Positions 43,901 to 54,570 of a DNA stretch of 64,000 nt are shown piece after piece (the first letter of the stretch is position 1; each line of letters begins with the position of its first letter). Origin of the DNA: Macrostomum lignano (taxonomy: Eukaryota); assembly GCA_002269645.1 (NCBI GenBank), contig NIVC01000019.1, forward strand, positions 62,001-126,000, given 5' to 3'. A program made the translations under genes and the position numbers. Under the pieces are notes generated by a model, which worked only from the letters and a program-made list of their open reading frames with translations, searched no databases and was not told the DNA's origin.

Positions 43901-46900
43901 TCAGACTGCAGACACCTCAGACTGCACAGACACCTCAGACCGCACAGACATCTCAGACTGCACAGACACCTCAGACTGCACAGACACCTCAGACTGCACA
44001 GACATCTCAGACTGCACAGACACCTCAGACTGCACAGACATCTCAGACTGCACAGACACCTCAGACCGCACAGACACCTCAGACTGCAGACACCTCAGAC
44101 TGCACAGACATCTCAGACCGCACCGACACAACAGACCGCACAGACACCTCAGACTGCAGACACCTCAGACTGCACAGACATCTCAGACCGCACCGACACA
44201 ACAGACCGCACAGACATCTCAGACTGCAGACACCTCAGACCGCACAGACACCTCAGACCGCACCGACACCTCAGACCGCACAGACACCTCAGACTGCACA
44301 GACACCTCAGACTGCACAGACACCTCAGACTGCACAGGCACCTCAAACCGCACAGGCACCTCAGACTGCACAGACACCTCAGACCGCACAGACATCCCCT
44401 GAAATCCAATTCAGCCAGCCCAGCCTTTTGCCTCTCTCCATCCCGAGCTCCGGTTCTGGCTCCGGGTCCCAGCAGTTGGCGGCCACCGGATCTGAGCCGG
44501 CCACACCTCGCTGCTCTTCGTCGCTGGAGCTGAAGCTGAACTGCTGCGGCTGCGGCTGCGGCTGAGTCAACTGTTTCGGCTGATGTTGTTGGTGTTGCTG
44601 ATGATGCTGCTGATGAGTCCGGCTAGAGGAGACTGTGGCGGCATTGTACTGACCCGACGGATCGTAAATTCTTCCGCTGCCACCGCCGCTGCCACCGCCG
44701 CTGCCACCACCGCTGCCACCGCCACCGCGTCTTCGAGGCGACGCCGATGACGCGGTTGCAGCGTTGGGAGCGGTGGGGTCGTCACCTGCTGGTGGCGCCT
44801 GTCGTTGATGTCGCTGCTGCTGTTGTTGCGGCTGCTGCTGCCTCTGCGATTGCCGAGGTGAGCGGTACTGCTGCTGCTGATGGTCGCGAGCCTCCGATCG
44901 GGCTCGAACCGCGACCGACGACGGTGCCCCGGCGCCGGCGCCGGAAGCGCGCGAATTCGAGCGCGCCGTCGCAGCAGAGGCGTCGTTGCTGCCGCCGCCG
45001 CCGCCGCTGCCGTTGTTGTTTGGAAGTCTCGGCGACTGCCGACCGGAGCTGTCAGTGAGGGAATTTTGCCTGGGGGAGGTTGAGGTAACTGAGGTTTGAA
45101 GAATGCAGCTCCCCCCAGAGCTAAAACTCCGAAAGAAAATAATAGTTTTTAAGATGCTTTTCAACCGAAAACTAGAATCGAGCAATCCAGGACAAACTCA
45201 GGATCTCACCTGACTAGGTTTTGCGAATTGCTTCTGTTTTGAGATTTTTGCCGCGGCTGCTGCTGAGGCTGCTGCTGCTGCCGATGTTGCGGCTGCTGCT
45301 GTTGCGATTTTTGATTTTCTTGCTGCTGTTTCTGACTCTGGTTGGCCACTGCACTGTTAGCCTGAGACCCAGAAGGTGCAGCAGCGGCAGACCCGGTCGT
45401 CGTCGCTGACGTGGCGGCTGCCGAGGCGCCTCCAGCCGACGCTCCACTTCGACGCCCAGCTGGCTGGCAGTTGGTGCAGACCCAGACGCTCTGCGAGTTT
45501 GGAATTATCTATAGTCAACTGTGATAGAAGCTCGCAGTTCCCCGAGCGCAGAAATTCAGGTTGCTCAGGCAAAAACTCCAAGTTGAGAAACTACTTCAAG
45601 TAGAACATAAACTGGTAGAACAGAACAGGCTGGCGTGCGAAGGCGTGTTGCGACCAGCGAAAGCAAAATTGAAAGGAACGGATAGAAGGAGAGGTGAGAA
45701 GAAGAGAAAGGGGGAGAGAGTAGAGAGAGGAACAGAAGAGAGAGAAGAGAGACGGAGAGAGAGGAGAGGGGAGACAGGAAGAGGAGAGAGGAGAGATGGG
45801 GGGAGAGAGGTAGAGTAGAGAGGGAGAGTTGTGAGGAGAGAGGAAAGAGAGAGAAGAGAGAGACGGAGAGAGGGGAGAGAGGGAGAGGGGGAGAGATAAG
45901 GGAGAGGAGGAGAGGGACGGGAGAGAGAGGGGGCATAGAGAGGGAGAGGGAGAGGGAGAGGGAGGGGGAGAGGGAGGGGGAGAGGGAGAGGGAGAGGAAC
46001 TCCCGCATCCCCGCAGAGCAGCGGCGAGAGGACAGAAGACCAGGAGGCAGAGAAGAGCAGCCAGAAAGCCCAGAGGAATCCAAAAGCGGCTTAGCTGGCA
46101 CAAGAAGTGGAGAGTTAGCGCGCCGGGGACTTGGCTGACAAGCCGCAAATATGCCGGAGCCAGAGCGGGCCGGCAGGGGCGGCCAGTGTGCAATTCAGTA
46201 AGCAGGGAGCCCGGCATCTGGACTGCAGCTCTAATTGGCGGAGAAATCCACTTGATGCGCCCTAACGCGCTGCCGCCGCCTCTGCCTTTCCTTCTGCCAA
46301 CCCGGCTCTGGCAGATCCGTACTGCATGCGTATCTGAGTGTATCTGAGTAACATGTCTGATTTTTCAACCGCATTCTCTGGGGACGAAAATTCGTGGCTG
46401 CCTTCGTTACGCTCTCGCACTCACTCCACTCTTTGAACTGGATATTGGATGGGCGCGCTCCCGGAAGCGCCTGACTTTGCTCGAGTTCTTTCTTGGGAAG
46501 ACAAGCGGGTGTGGAGAGCAGCCGCATGGCTTCGCGTGGATGCTTGAGGCCTTGTAAAGCCTTCGATTGTATGCACTGAGGAGCTTTCTCTAGGAATCTT
46601 TTAGTCCTTTGTGTGAGAGAGCAGAGGGAGAGGGAAGGAGTGAAAATGGAAAGGAAGTGTAAGTGAGAGATGGAGATACGAGTAGGACTGGTAGAGACAA
46701 GATGTAGGGAGAGAGGGGATAGGGAGAGAGGGGAGAAAAGTGAGAGAGCGATGGAGATAGAAAAGAGGGAGATAGGAGGCAGGGAGATACGAGAGACAGA
46801 TACGAGAGGGAGATAGGAGAGAGGGAGATAGGAGGGAGGGAGATAGGAGAGAAAGAGATAGGGAGAAAAGTGAGAGAGCGATGGAGATAGAAAAGAGGGA

Positions 46901-48363
46901 GATAGGAGGCAGGGAGATACGAGAGACAGATACGAGAGGGAGATAGGAGAGAGGGAGATAGGAGGGAGGGAGATAGGAGAGAAAGAGATAGGGAGAAAAG
47001 GGAGAAAGCGATGGAGATAGAAGAGAGGGAGATGGGGAGGTAGGAGAGAGGGAGATAGGAAATGAGGAGATAGGAGAGATTGAGATAGGAGAGGGAGATG
47101 GGAGAGAGGGAGATGAGAGAGAGAGATAGGAGAGAGGAAGATGGGAAACAGAGATTGGAGAGGGGGAGATGAGAGATTTGGATTCTTAAAACACAGGAAC
47201 TTGGACAGAGACGGGATTGAGATGAATGCGTATAATTATACATTTGAATGCTTACGTACAATGGCTAACGACAGTCATTCAAGCTTAGGCGTGCAGCGTT
47301 AACAATCAGCAAAGATGACAAGTAGCTCGTAAGGAACTTCTATTAAAGTGCGAGTTTTCTGTGCAAAAGCTACACGGGTTGTGAAACGAGAAATAACAAG
47401 CGAACTAAACTGATATAAAGTCTAAAGTCTATAAAGGATCAACCATAACATGCTTCAAATCTAACGCAAGGACCACTGGTAGAGCTGTACGTGCGGAAGA
47501 AACTTTAATGTTTTTGTTTTTAGCACTAAACTTTTAGTATACTGGACTAGCCATCTTGAGCCCCCGTTGGTAGGCAAAAATGAAGGGATCGCTTATTTTC
47601 GAAAAAAATTAAAAAGGCTTTCGTCTGAATATCAAGCTTTCCTGCTTAAGATATCATCTTTCCTCTGAGATTTGACTCAAAGCATCTCACCTTTGAGCCA
47701 TTATGCTAAAACCCTAACCCGCTAACTTCCCCTTCCCAGTATGCATTTTTGTCCGAGGCTGTTTCGAAAGTTTTCATCAATTTTGATTCAAAAAGTCCAA
47801 GGAATGGCGAGACTAGCAGTGGTCCTTGCCCGAATCTCTACCAACCTAACTCCCTTACCCTGGTCACTGATGCAGCGTTTGCATCGCTCGATGATGAGGC
47901 TGCTGCAGAAGAATCCTGACGGCAAAGGGCGAGTTGACCAGTTAACTCTAGTTAAGTAGTTTAAGCTTACACAGCGTTTTTGTGCTTCGAAGGCCGATAG
48001 CTCTCTTACCTGCGTAGGTTTAATGCTGGTCTTTGTCCCGCACCTGGCGCAGGTCTTTAGCCGGCAATAGTGGCACAGGTGCCCGTAGCCTTCGGCGTAT
48101 TTCACTCGGCAGCACACCTGACAGGTGCCGCCCTCGCTGACTGCCAGCTTCGGAATCGTCGACGGGGCGACGGCGGCGGCGGCGGTGCCGGCGGGCAGGT
48201 CGGCATCGTGTGGTCCCGCCTGATCCTCGCCCGGCCGCCCGGCTGCCCGCACGCCGATCTCGTCCTGAATTCCCCTGAAAGCGTTCTCGGCCTGGTCAGT
48301 GACCTGCTTGGCCTGGTTCGACACCCAGTCGAATACTTTGCTGCCGAAGCCGCCAAAGTTCAT
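31995..48363 (-). CDS. RIMS: RIM/UNC-10 presynaptic active-zone scaffold (Zn finger, PDZ, C2A, PxxP, C2B), 15 exons, ~1231 aa
   Basis: Exons 48363-48010, 45490-45210, 45120-44507, 41901-41846, 41536-41437, 40722-40491, 40397-40312, 39983-39713, 37767-37608, 36114-36025, 35898-35862, 35503-34814, 33295-33106, 32732-32411, 32207-31995; phases consistent throughout. ZnF CQVC..GHLCHYC..CARCG..WVCTNC; SHPVTW-PDZ (LGVKVIGG..GAFITKVKPGSVAD..GKL..DEVLEWN); C2A GRIQLQLWFD..DPQWNQ; RQLP motif; C2B DGLGPGQLVGRQ..PAPYVKVYLL..RRTLDPLYQQQL..VWGD.GR...FMG..GWYKL. The 44507 donor (GTGTGG) is weak and the N-terminus is uncertain. Confidence 0.93.
32270..32390 (+). repeat. 21-bp short intronic repeat (GAGTGAATGAACAGTATGCGT)
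   Basis: 7-aa periodicity in the last RIMS intron. Confidence 0.8.
32745..33088 (+). repeat. 23-bp intronic minisatellite (GGGTTCACTGGGTGCGGATTGGC)
   Basis: Fills intron 33105-32733 almost end to end. Confidence 0.95.
33325..34790 (+). repeat. 21-bp intronic minisatellite (CAGAATCGCCATTCTCTAATT)
   Basis: 7-aa periodic ORFs (IQNRHSL); about 70 copies. Confidence 0.95.
36255..37572 (+). repeat. 14-bp intronic minisatellite (AGAATGTCAGATAT) with a 546-bp internal duplication
   Basis: Identical ORFs at 36433 and 36979 (offset 546 = 39 x 14). Confidence 0.95.
37868..39555 (+). repeat. 23-bp intronic minisatellite (TTGTGTCTTCTTAGGGTGGGCTC), one TTAGGG per unit
   Basis: About 73 copies; two main variants (GGGCTCTT and GGGCGCCT). 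Confidence 0.95.
40060..40270 (+). repeat. ~34-bp intronic repeat (CTCACTGCCCGCCTCGCCACCCCATTCTTCAACC)
   Basis: About 6 copies. Confidence 0.85.
40815..41392 (+). repeat. 33-bp intronic minisatellite (TAGCTAGGGCCCGCTGAAGGATCAGGGAGGGGG)
   Basis: 11-aa periodic ORF. Confidence 0.95.
41958..44395 (+). repeat. 18/16-bp intronic minisatellite (CAGACACCTCAGACYGCA)
   Basis: Source of the spurious 872-aa and 494-aa ORFs. Confidence 0.95.
45685..46000 (+). repeat. Polypurine (GA-rich) low-complexity tract
   Basis: Almost exclusively A/G on the + strand. Confidence 0.85.
46600..47180 (+). repeat. Polypurine tract with a ~130-bp internal direct duplication
   Basis: GGGAGAAAAGTGAGAGAGCGATGGAGATAG... 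recurs at ~46731 and 46861. Confidence 0.8.
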
Positions 48364-50054
48364 GACTGCTGCTGCTGCTGCATCTGCGATGAGCTATGAG
48401 GCTTCGGGCCTGACGCCCTCTTTTACTTCTGCTTCTTCTAAGAGTTTTGTAGCAGTCTTCCCCTTTTAGTCTAATTGCCTCTGGGGGTTCGGGTCTCGGT
48501 TCAGCTGGAAGAGTAGCGCCTGCGCAGTTTTGGCCGCTGGCCAGCAGCAGAGACGGCGCCAGCAAACACAGGGTCTGGGGGCGGCTGGAAACACTGCAGC
48601 AGCAGCTCTGCCGGAGTTGCAGTCGGAGGGGGTCGCAGCGGCCGGCCGGAGTGTGGAAACTGGCTGCGCGCACGGCTAGGGGTCGCGGGTATACATAGGG
48701 GATAGGGGATAAGGGCCGACCGAGAGAAGTGCAGATCGGCTGGAGTGGGGGAGGTTGGCCGGCCAGTCAGAGAACGGGATACGGCCGTTCCAGCCTCCTC
48801 CCTTATCTTCCTACTGAGCTCTTTCTCTCTCCCCTCCGCCAGTCTGCCTTCTCCTCCTCTAAGCTTAAAACTGAGTCCAGCTCTCCCGCCCCTGCTCAGC
48901 ATCCCCCTGTATCCGCGTCGCCCTGGAAGGGGAGGGGGAGGTTCAGGCAGATCTTCCTTGAGAATTCTGCGATCTGGTTCAAGGGGATGGATGACGAGGA
49001 AGTACAGTGGGAGCCCGTATTCCCTGCCTCCCCCCTCCGTCCCAGCCTCCTTCCCGCACTCCGCCCGCTCTCTGCGGCGGGATGAGCGCCGGGCATCTAT
49101 TTTGCCTGAGCCGCCGGCGAGCCAAGCCAACTTATTGATCACACACGGCCGGCCAGACAGCGGCCGCCAGTCTCAGTTTCCACCGCCATCAGCGCCGCAT
49201 CTCTGGTCCCGCATGCCAGGAGCCTTGTTGGTCGGCCGGGCCGGACGGTGGTCAGCAACAAGGAGAACCAAAGCCTCCCCAACACACAGCTCAACTGCCC
49301 CAGTCTCCGGTCGCTGCCGGTCACTGCGGTGCACTTTAATACACTCATGCAGGGTCCCGGCCATATGCATAGGCGGCGGCGGGGAGCGGGCAGATGAAAT
49401 AAATAATCAGCGGGCGCGGAGATCCCAAAAAGATGAACCCGCCGCCTCCCCCCTCACCCCCGGCCCGCGGCCCCTCATTTGGTGTGGCATCTCTGGGGAA
49501 TCTCGGCGAGCTCATTTTCAGTGCATAAATTTCACCGCCTTCGCAAACCGCCTCTTCTTCTGGGAGCTCCTGCTTCAGTTTGCTTACTTACCTACTTACC
49601 TACTTAATGCGCACAATAGTTTATAAATTAAAAAATCATTCAATCGAATAAGTTGATAGACTTTGATTTCGGAGAAAATCACACTACTGGAGACTTTCAA
49701 CAGGTAGAGCGAAAGCTCTGTTTATCTTCTTTTAAAGTACAAGCAGGCCTTTTTTGAACACAGATTTTTAGAAACGAACGTTGTGCATGATACTAGATAG
49801 GAGCAATGCACAAGGACTGCATGCGAAATTAACCATATGCACAGGCAGATGCATCTTACTGTTATCAAACATTGACATGGAAAAGCCAGAAAAGTCAGGA
49901 AGTCAAATGGCCTACTGGCAGTAGTACGAAAAATGTGCGTGGTTCGCTCAAGCTTGACTAATTTTCAAGATGTTGCCTCCAGCGCACCTCGACACAAGCC
50001 TTCCTCTTGCCTGTAGAGTCAAAGCTACTTTTAGAGGCAATTCTCTTCTCAACC

Positions 50055-50885
50055 GGAGTTAAGGGGCGATTCTCAATCTGATTTCAGGGGCGATTCTGAA
50101 TCTGGTATCAGGGGCGATTCTCAATCTGGTTTCAGGAGCGATTCTCAATCTGATTTCAGGGGCGATTCTCAATCTGATTTCAGGGGCGATTCTCAATCTG
50201 ATTTCAGGGGGGATTCTCAATCTGATTTCAGGGGCGATTCTCAATCTGGTTTCAGGGGCGATTCTCAATCTGGTTTCAGGGGCGATTCTCAATCTGATTT
50301 CAGGCGCGATTCTCAGGTTGGTTTCAGGGGCGATTCTCACTCTGATTTCAGGGGCGATTTATCAAACTGATTTGAGGGGTGATTCTCAATCTGATTTCAG
50401 GGGCGATTCTCAATCTGGTTTCAGGGGCGATTCTCAATCTGATTTCAGGAGCGATTCTCAAGCTGGCTTCAGGGGCGATTCTCAATCTGATTTCAGGGGC
50501 GATTCTCAGGTTGGTTTCAGGGGCGATTCTCAAGCTGGTTTCAAGGGCGATTCTCAATCTAGTGTCAGGGGCGATTTTCAAGCTGGCTTTAGGGGCGATT
50601 CTCCAGCTAATTTCAGGGGCGATTTATCAGACTGATTTCAGGGGTGATTTTCAAGCTGGTTTCAGGGGCGATTCTCAATCTGATTTCAGGGGCAATTCTC
50701 AAGCTGGTTTCAGGGGCGATTCTCAGGTTTGTATGCAGGGGCGATTCTCAAGCTGGTTTTAGGGGCGATTCTCAGGTTGGTTTCAGGGGCGATTCTCAGG
50801 CTGGTTTCAGGGGCGATTCTCAGGCTGGTTTCAGGGGCGATTCTCAGGCTGGTTTCAGGGGCGATTCTCAGACTGATTTCAGGGG
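50055..50885 (+). repeat. 24-bp minisatellite (CAGGGGCGATTCTCAATCTGATTT)
   Basis: 8-aa periodic ORFs. Confidence 0.95.
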
Positions 50886-50961
50886 CACACCTAAGGACAC
50901 CTAAAACTGCCTTTTAGGGTTGGCATCCCAGTTGATACTGAATCCACATCAATTTGCCTAC

Positions 50962-51443
50962 CTGCAGAGTTGGCCAGCCAGGTGTGGAACCTCAGAATCC
51001 ATGCATGGACTGGACAGCGGATCAAGGGTGTTGGACATCAAAAGCAATTGCAGAGGCGCAGGTCACAAAGCAGCGCGAACTCAGCTCATGTATTTAATAC
51101 CGGCAGCCCTGCAGAACTTGTCCCCTGCCGCCGCTTGGCGCTCATTCGATGGCAGCAGACCGAGATTCGCCCACGAAACAAACAGGCCAGGGGATTGCGG
51201 AAATGCGGGCGGAAGTGCCGCAGTCCAGCCGGGCAAAGGGGCGAGAGGGTGGAGGCTGAGAGACAGGCAGGCCGCTCCGCCATTGGCCGGGAAACGGGCA
51301 ATTCTTAAGGAAGAACACAGAAAAAAGATACAAAATAAGCCGAAAGCTACGTTTCTTGGCGAGGAAGATTTGAAGCGGAAGAAAAAGAGAGAGAGGGACA
51401 GGCGCACACAGAAGCAGAAGACACGCAGGGCGGATCGCACTAG
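50962..51443 (-). other. Probable non-coding (5'UTR) exon upstream of RIMS
   Basis: Acceptor CTTCTCCCGCAG| at 51444 and donor CAG|GTAGGC at 50961; stops in all three minus frames; flanked on both sides by tandem arrays, like the coding exons. Confidence 0.35.
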
Positions 51444-51779
51444 CTGCGGGAGAAGGCGTTATCCCAAATGCTTTATGCCATATCCCAATGCCAAAGGACT
51501 CAGTCAGTCCGGTCGCAGCTGGGTTTCGCTACAGAAACGCTCAGATGAGGCAGGCGACTCAATCCATTTGGCATTGCCTTTGCGCGGAGCAGCCGCAGAG
51601 ACATTTAGAAGTCTGGAGATTATCTTTCTGCAACACCGCAAAGCCGTACAACTGCGGGCGCAGGGGCTCAAAAATCAATTCTATTTTTTCTAATGCATGA
51701 ATCCCAAAGACAAAAAGGACACGCGCGTCGGCTGAGTGTTCCGCACTGTTTATGCTTGGCATTGCGATGATTTTACTGG

Positions 51780-53130
51780 TTTTGGGGCGATTCTCGGGCT
51801 GGTTTTGGGGCGATTCTCGGGCTGGTTTTGGGGTGATTCTCGGGCTGGTTGTGGGGTGATTCTCGGGCTGGTTTTGGGACGATTCTCGGGCTGGTTTTGG
51901 GGCGATTCTAGGGCTGGTTTTGGGGTGATTCTCGGGCTGGTTTTGGGGCGATTCTCGGGCTGGTTTTGGGGGCGATTCTCGGGCTGGTTTTGGGACGATT
52001 CTCGGGCTGGTTTTGGGATGATTCTCGGGCTAGTAATGGGGGCGATTCTCGGGCTGGTTTTGGGGCGATTCTCGGGCTGGTTTTGGGGTGATTCTCGGGC
52101 TGGTTGTGGGGTGATTCTCGGGCTGGTTTTGGGGTGATTCTCGGGCTGGTTTTGGGGCGATTCTCGGGCTGGTTTTGGGGGCGATTCTCGGGCTGGTTTT
52201 GGGACGATTCTCGGGCTGGTTTTGGGATGATTCTCGGGCTAGTAATGGGGGCGATTCTCGGGCTGGTTTTGGGGCGATTCTCGGGCTGGTTTTGGGGTGA
52301 TTCTCGGGCTGGTTGTGGGGTGATTCTCGGGCTGGTTTTGGGACGATTCTCGGGCTGGTTTTGGGGCGATTCTAGGGCTGGTTTTGGGGTGATTCTCGGG
52401 CTGGTTTTGGGGCGATTCTCGGGCTGGTTTTGGGGGCGATTCTCGGGCTGGTTTTGGGACGATTCTCGGGCTGGTTTTGGGATGATTCTCGGGCTAGTAT
52501 GGGGGCGATTCTCGGGCTGGTTTTGGGGCGATTCTCGGGCTGGTTTTGGGGCGATTCTCGGGCTGGTTTTGGGGGCGATTCTCGGGTTGGTTTTGGACGA
52601 TTCTAGGGCTAGTATGGGGGCGATTCTCGGGCTGGTTTTGGAGTGATTCTCGGGCTGGTTTTGGGACGATTCTCGGGCTGGTTTTGGAGTGATTCTCGGG
52701 CTGGTTTAGGGACGATTCTCGGGCTGGTTTTGGGGCGATTCTAGGGCTGGTTTTGGAACGATTCTCGAGCTGGTTTTGGGGCGATTCTCGGGCTAGTATG
52801 GGGGCGATTCTCGGGCTGGTTTTGGGGCGATTATTACAGGTCTGAGGGGCGATTTTTCTGCTGGTTTTGGGGCGATTCTCGGGCTGGTTTTGGGGCGATT
52901 CTCAGGCTGGTTTTGGGGCGATTCTCGGGCTGGTTTTGGGGCGATTCTCGGGCTAGTATGGGGGCGATTCTCGGGCTGGTTTTGGGACGATTCTAGGGCT
53001 GGTTGTGGGGCGATTCTCGATCTGGTTTTGGGGCGATTCTCGGGCAGGTATGGGGGCGATTCTCGGGCTGGTTTTGGGGCGATTATTACAGGTCTGAGGG
53101 GCGATTTTTCTGCTGGTTTCGGGGTGACTC
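51780..53130 (+). repeat. 23-bp minisatellite (GGGGCGATTCTCGGGCTGGTTTT)
   Basis: 23-aa periodic ORFs; internal block duplications. Confidence 0.95.
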
Positions 53131-54044
53131 TTAGGCTAATATGGGGGAGATACTTTTCCAGACTCCTAGTTCTCCAGAGCTCCATGGTCGGGTGCTGACT
53201 GTCGTGAGTGAGCAGCGCCGCCCAGCAGCATGGAACGAGGGACTAAAAGGCCCCTCTACTATAGAGTAGCAAATTAAACAAGAATGCTGCAGGTGCAAGT
53301 CCCAGAGGTGTAGAATGCTCGCCATGCGGAGCTGCCGACTCTCTCTTTCTCGGCCTCTCTCCCCGCCCAAATTATCGCGTTATACCTGAACACGCCACCC
53401 AGCCAGAGGTATAATTAATTATCACCGATTCACTCCATCGCCTCTCTTCAGCCTTCACCAGGCGGCAAGGCAAATATTACTAGAGGATAGGCAGGAACCA
53501 AGATTTCAGCACAAAAATTAACAGACCACCAGACCATCAAGACCACTTCGCAACCGCATGGCCACCACACGCATGCACTCGCTACTCACCATGGAAAAGA
53601 AACCAATGTAAACAAATACGAGGCCAGTAAAGTTGCCAGTGAAAAGACGCGCTCAGCCATTTATTATGGTCCTCGCGAGGACTTCCGACACCCGAAAATC
53701 GAAAATGGAAATGAGAAATAATACAACTAATTTACTGAGAAACACTAATTTAGTTCAGTGATTGCGAAAGTAGTATACGCGGCGCATGCGATAAAGAAAA
53801 ACAAAAAAGTGATAAAAAGATTCGAGAAAACTCGAACAGCTCTGAATAAACAGAAATATTAAATTGAAAATGAGCAACGAAAACTATCGAATTTGCAGAG
53901 CTTTGATTAAATATTTACAATGAGTTGAACTTGGGTAGGGCAAAAATAGCTCTTGTCAGTAGGGGGATGGATTTATCTACGGACCGGATGTGACGCAAAT
54001 GACGCGACTAACGGTTTTGTAGCCAAACAGTTTCGTCCCCCCTC

Positions 54045-54550
54045 TCAGTCACTAAATCCTTCAACTCAGTCACTAATCCCAAAAATCAGTCACTAATCCA
54101 ACAACTCAGTCACTAATCCCCCTACTCAGTCACTAATCCTCCAACTCAGTCACTAATCCTCCAACTCAGTCACCAATCCACCAACTCAGTCACTAATCCC
54201 CCAACTCAGTCACTAATGCCACAAATCAGTCACTAATCCCCCAACTCAGTCACTAATCACCCAACTCAGTCACTAATGCCACAAATCAGTCACTAATCCT
54301 CCAACTCAGTCACTAATGCCACAAATCAGTCACTAATCCTCCAACTCAGTCACAATCCCACAAATCAGTCACTAATCACCCAACTCAGTCACTAATCCCC
54401 CAACTCAGTCACTAATCCCCCAACTCAGTCACTAATCTCCCAACTCAGTCACTAATCACCCAACTCAGTCACTAATCCCCCAACTCAGTCACTAATCCCC
54501 CAACTCAGTCACTAATCCCCCAACTCAGTCACTAATCCCCCAACTCAGTC
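54045..54550 (+). repeat. 20-bp minisatellite (CAACTCAGTCACTAATCCCC) starting ~20 nt 3' of the PINK1 stop
   Basis: Direct periodicity. Confidence 0.95.
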
Positions 54551-54570
54551 AACAACGCCAGTTTGCCGGC

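Noticed and set aside
44379-44506. RIMS exon extended to a GAT|GTCTGT donor at 44393, joining directly to HPVTW
   Set aside because: The 56-nt exon 41901-41846 (IDAKVKSFLS) matches the RIM pre-PDZ motif and requires the phase-1 donor at 44506. The extension remains a possible minor isoform.
41817-44565. 872-aa and 494-aa plus-strand ORFs (TPQTA/DTSD repeats) suggesting a mucin-like or repeat protein
   Set aside because: They are translations of an 18/16-bp intronic satellite on the antisense strand of RIMS; the unit simply lacks stops in some frames.
48400-49626. GC-rich overlapping ORFs upstream of RIMS as a separate gene or a Rab-binding exon
   Set aside because: No recognisable domain and no LSHLTEEER-like helix in any frame; more likely promoter or UTR sequence.
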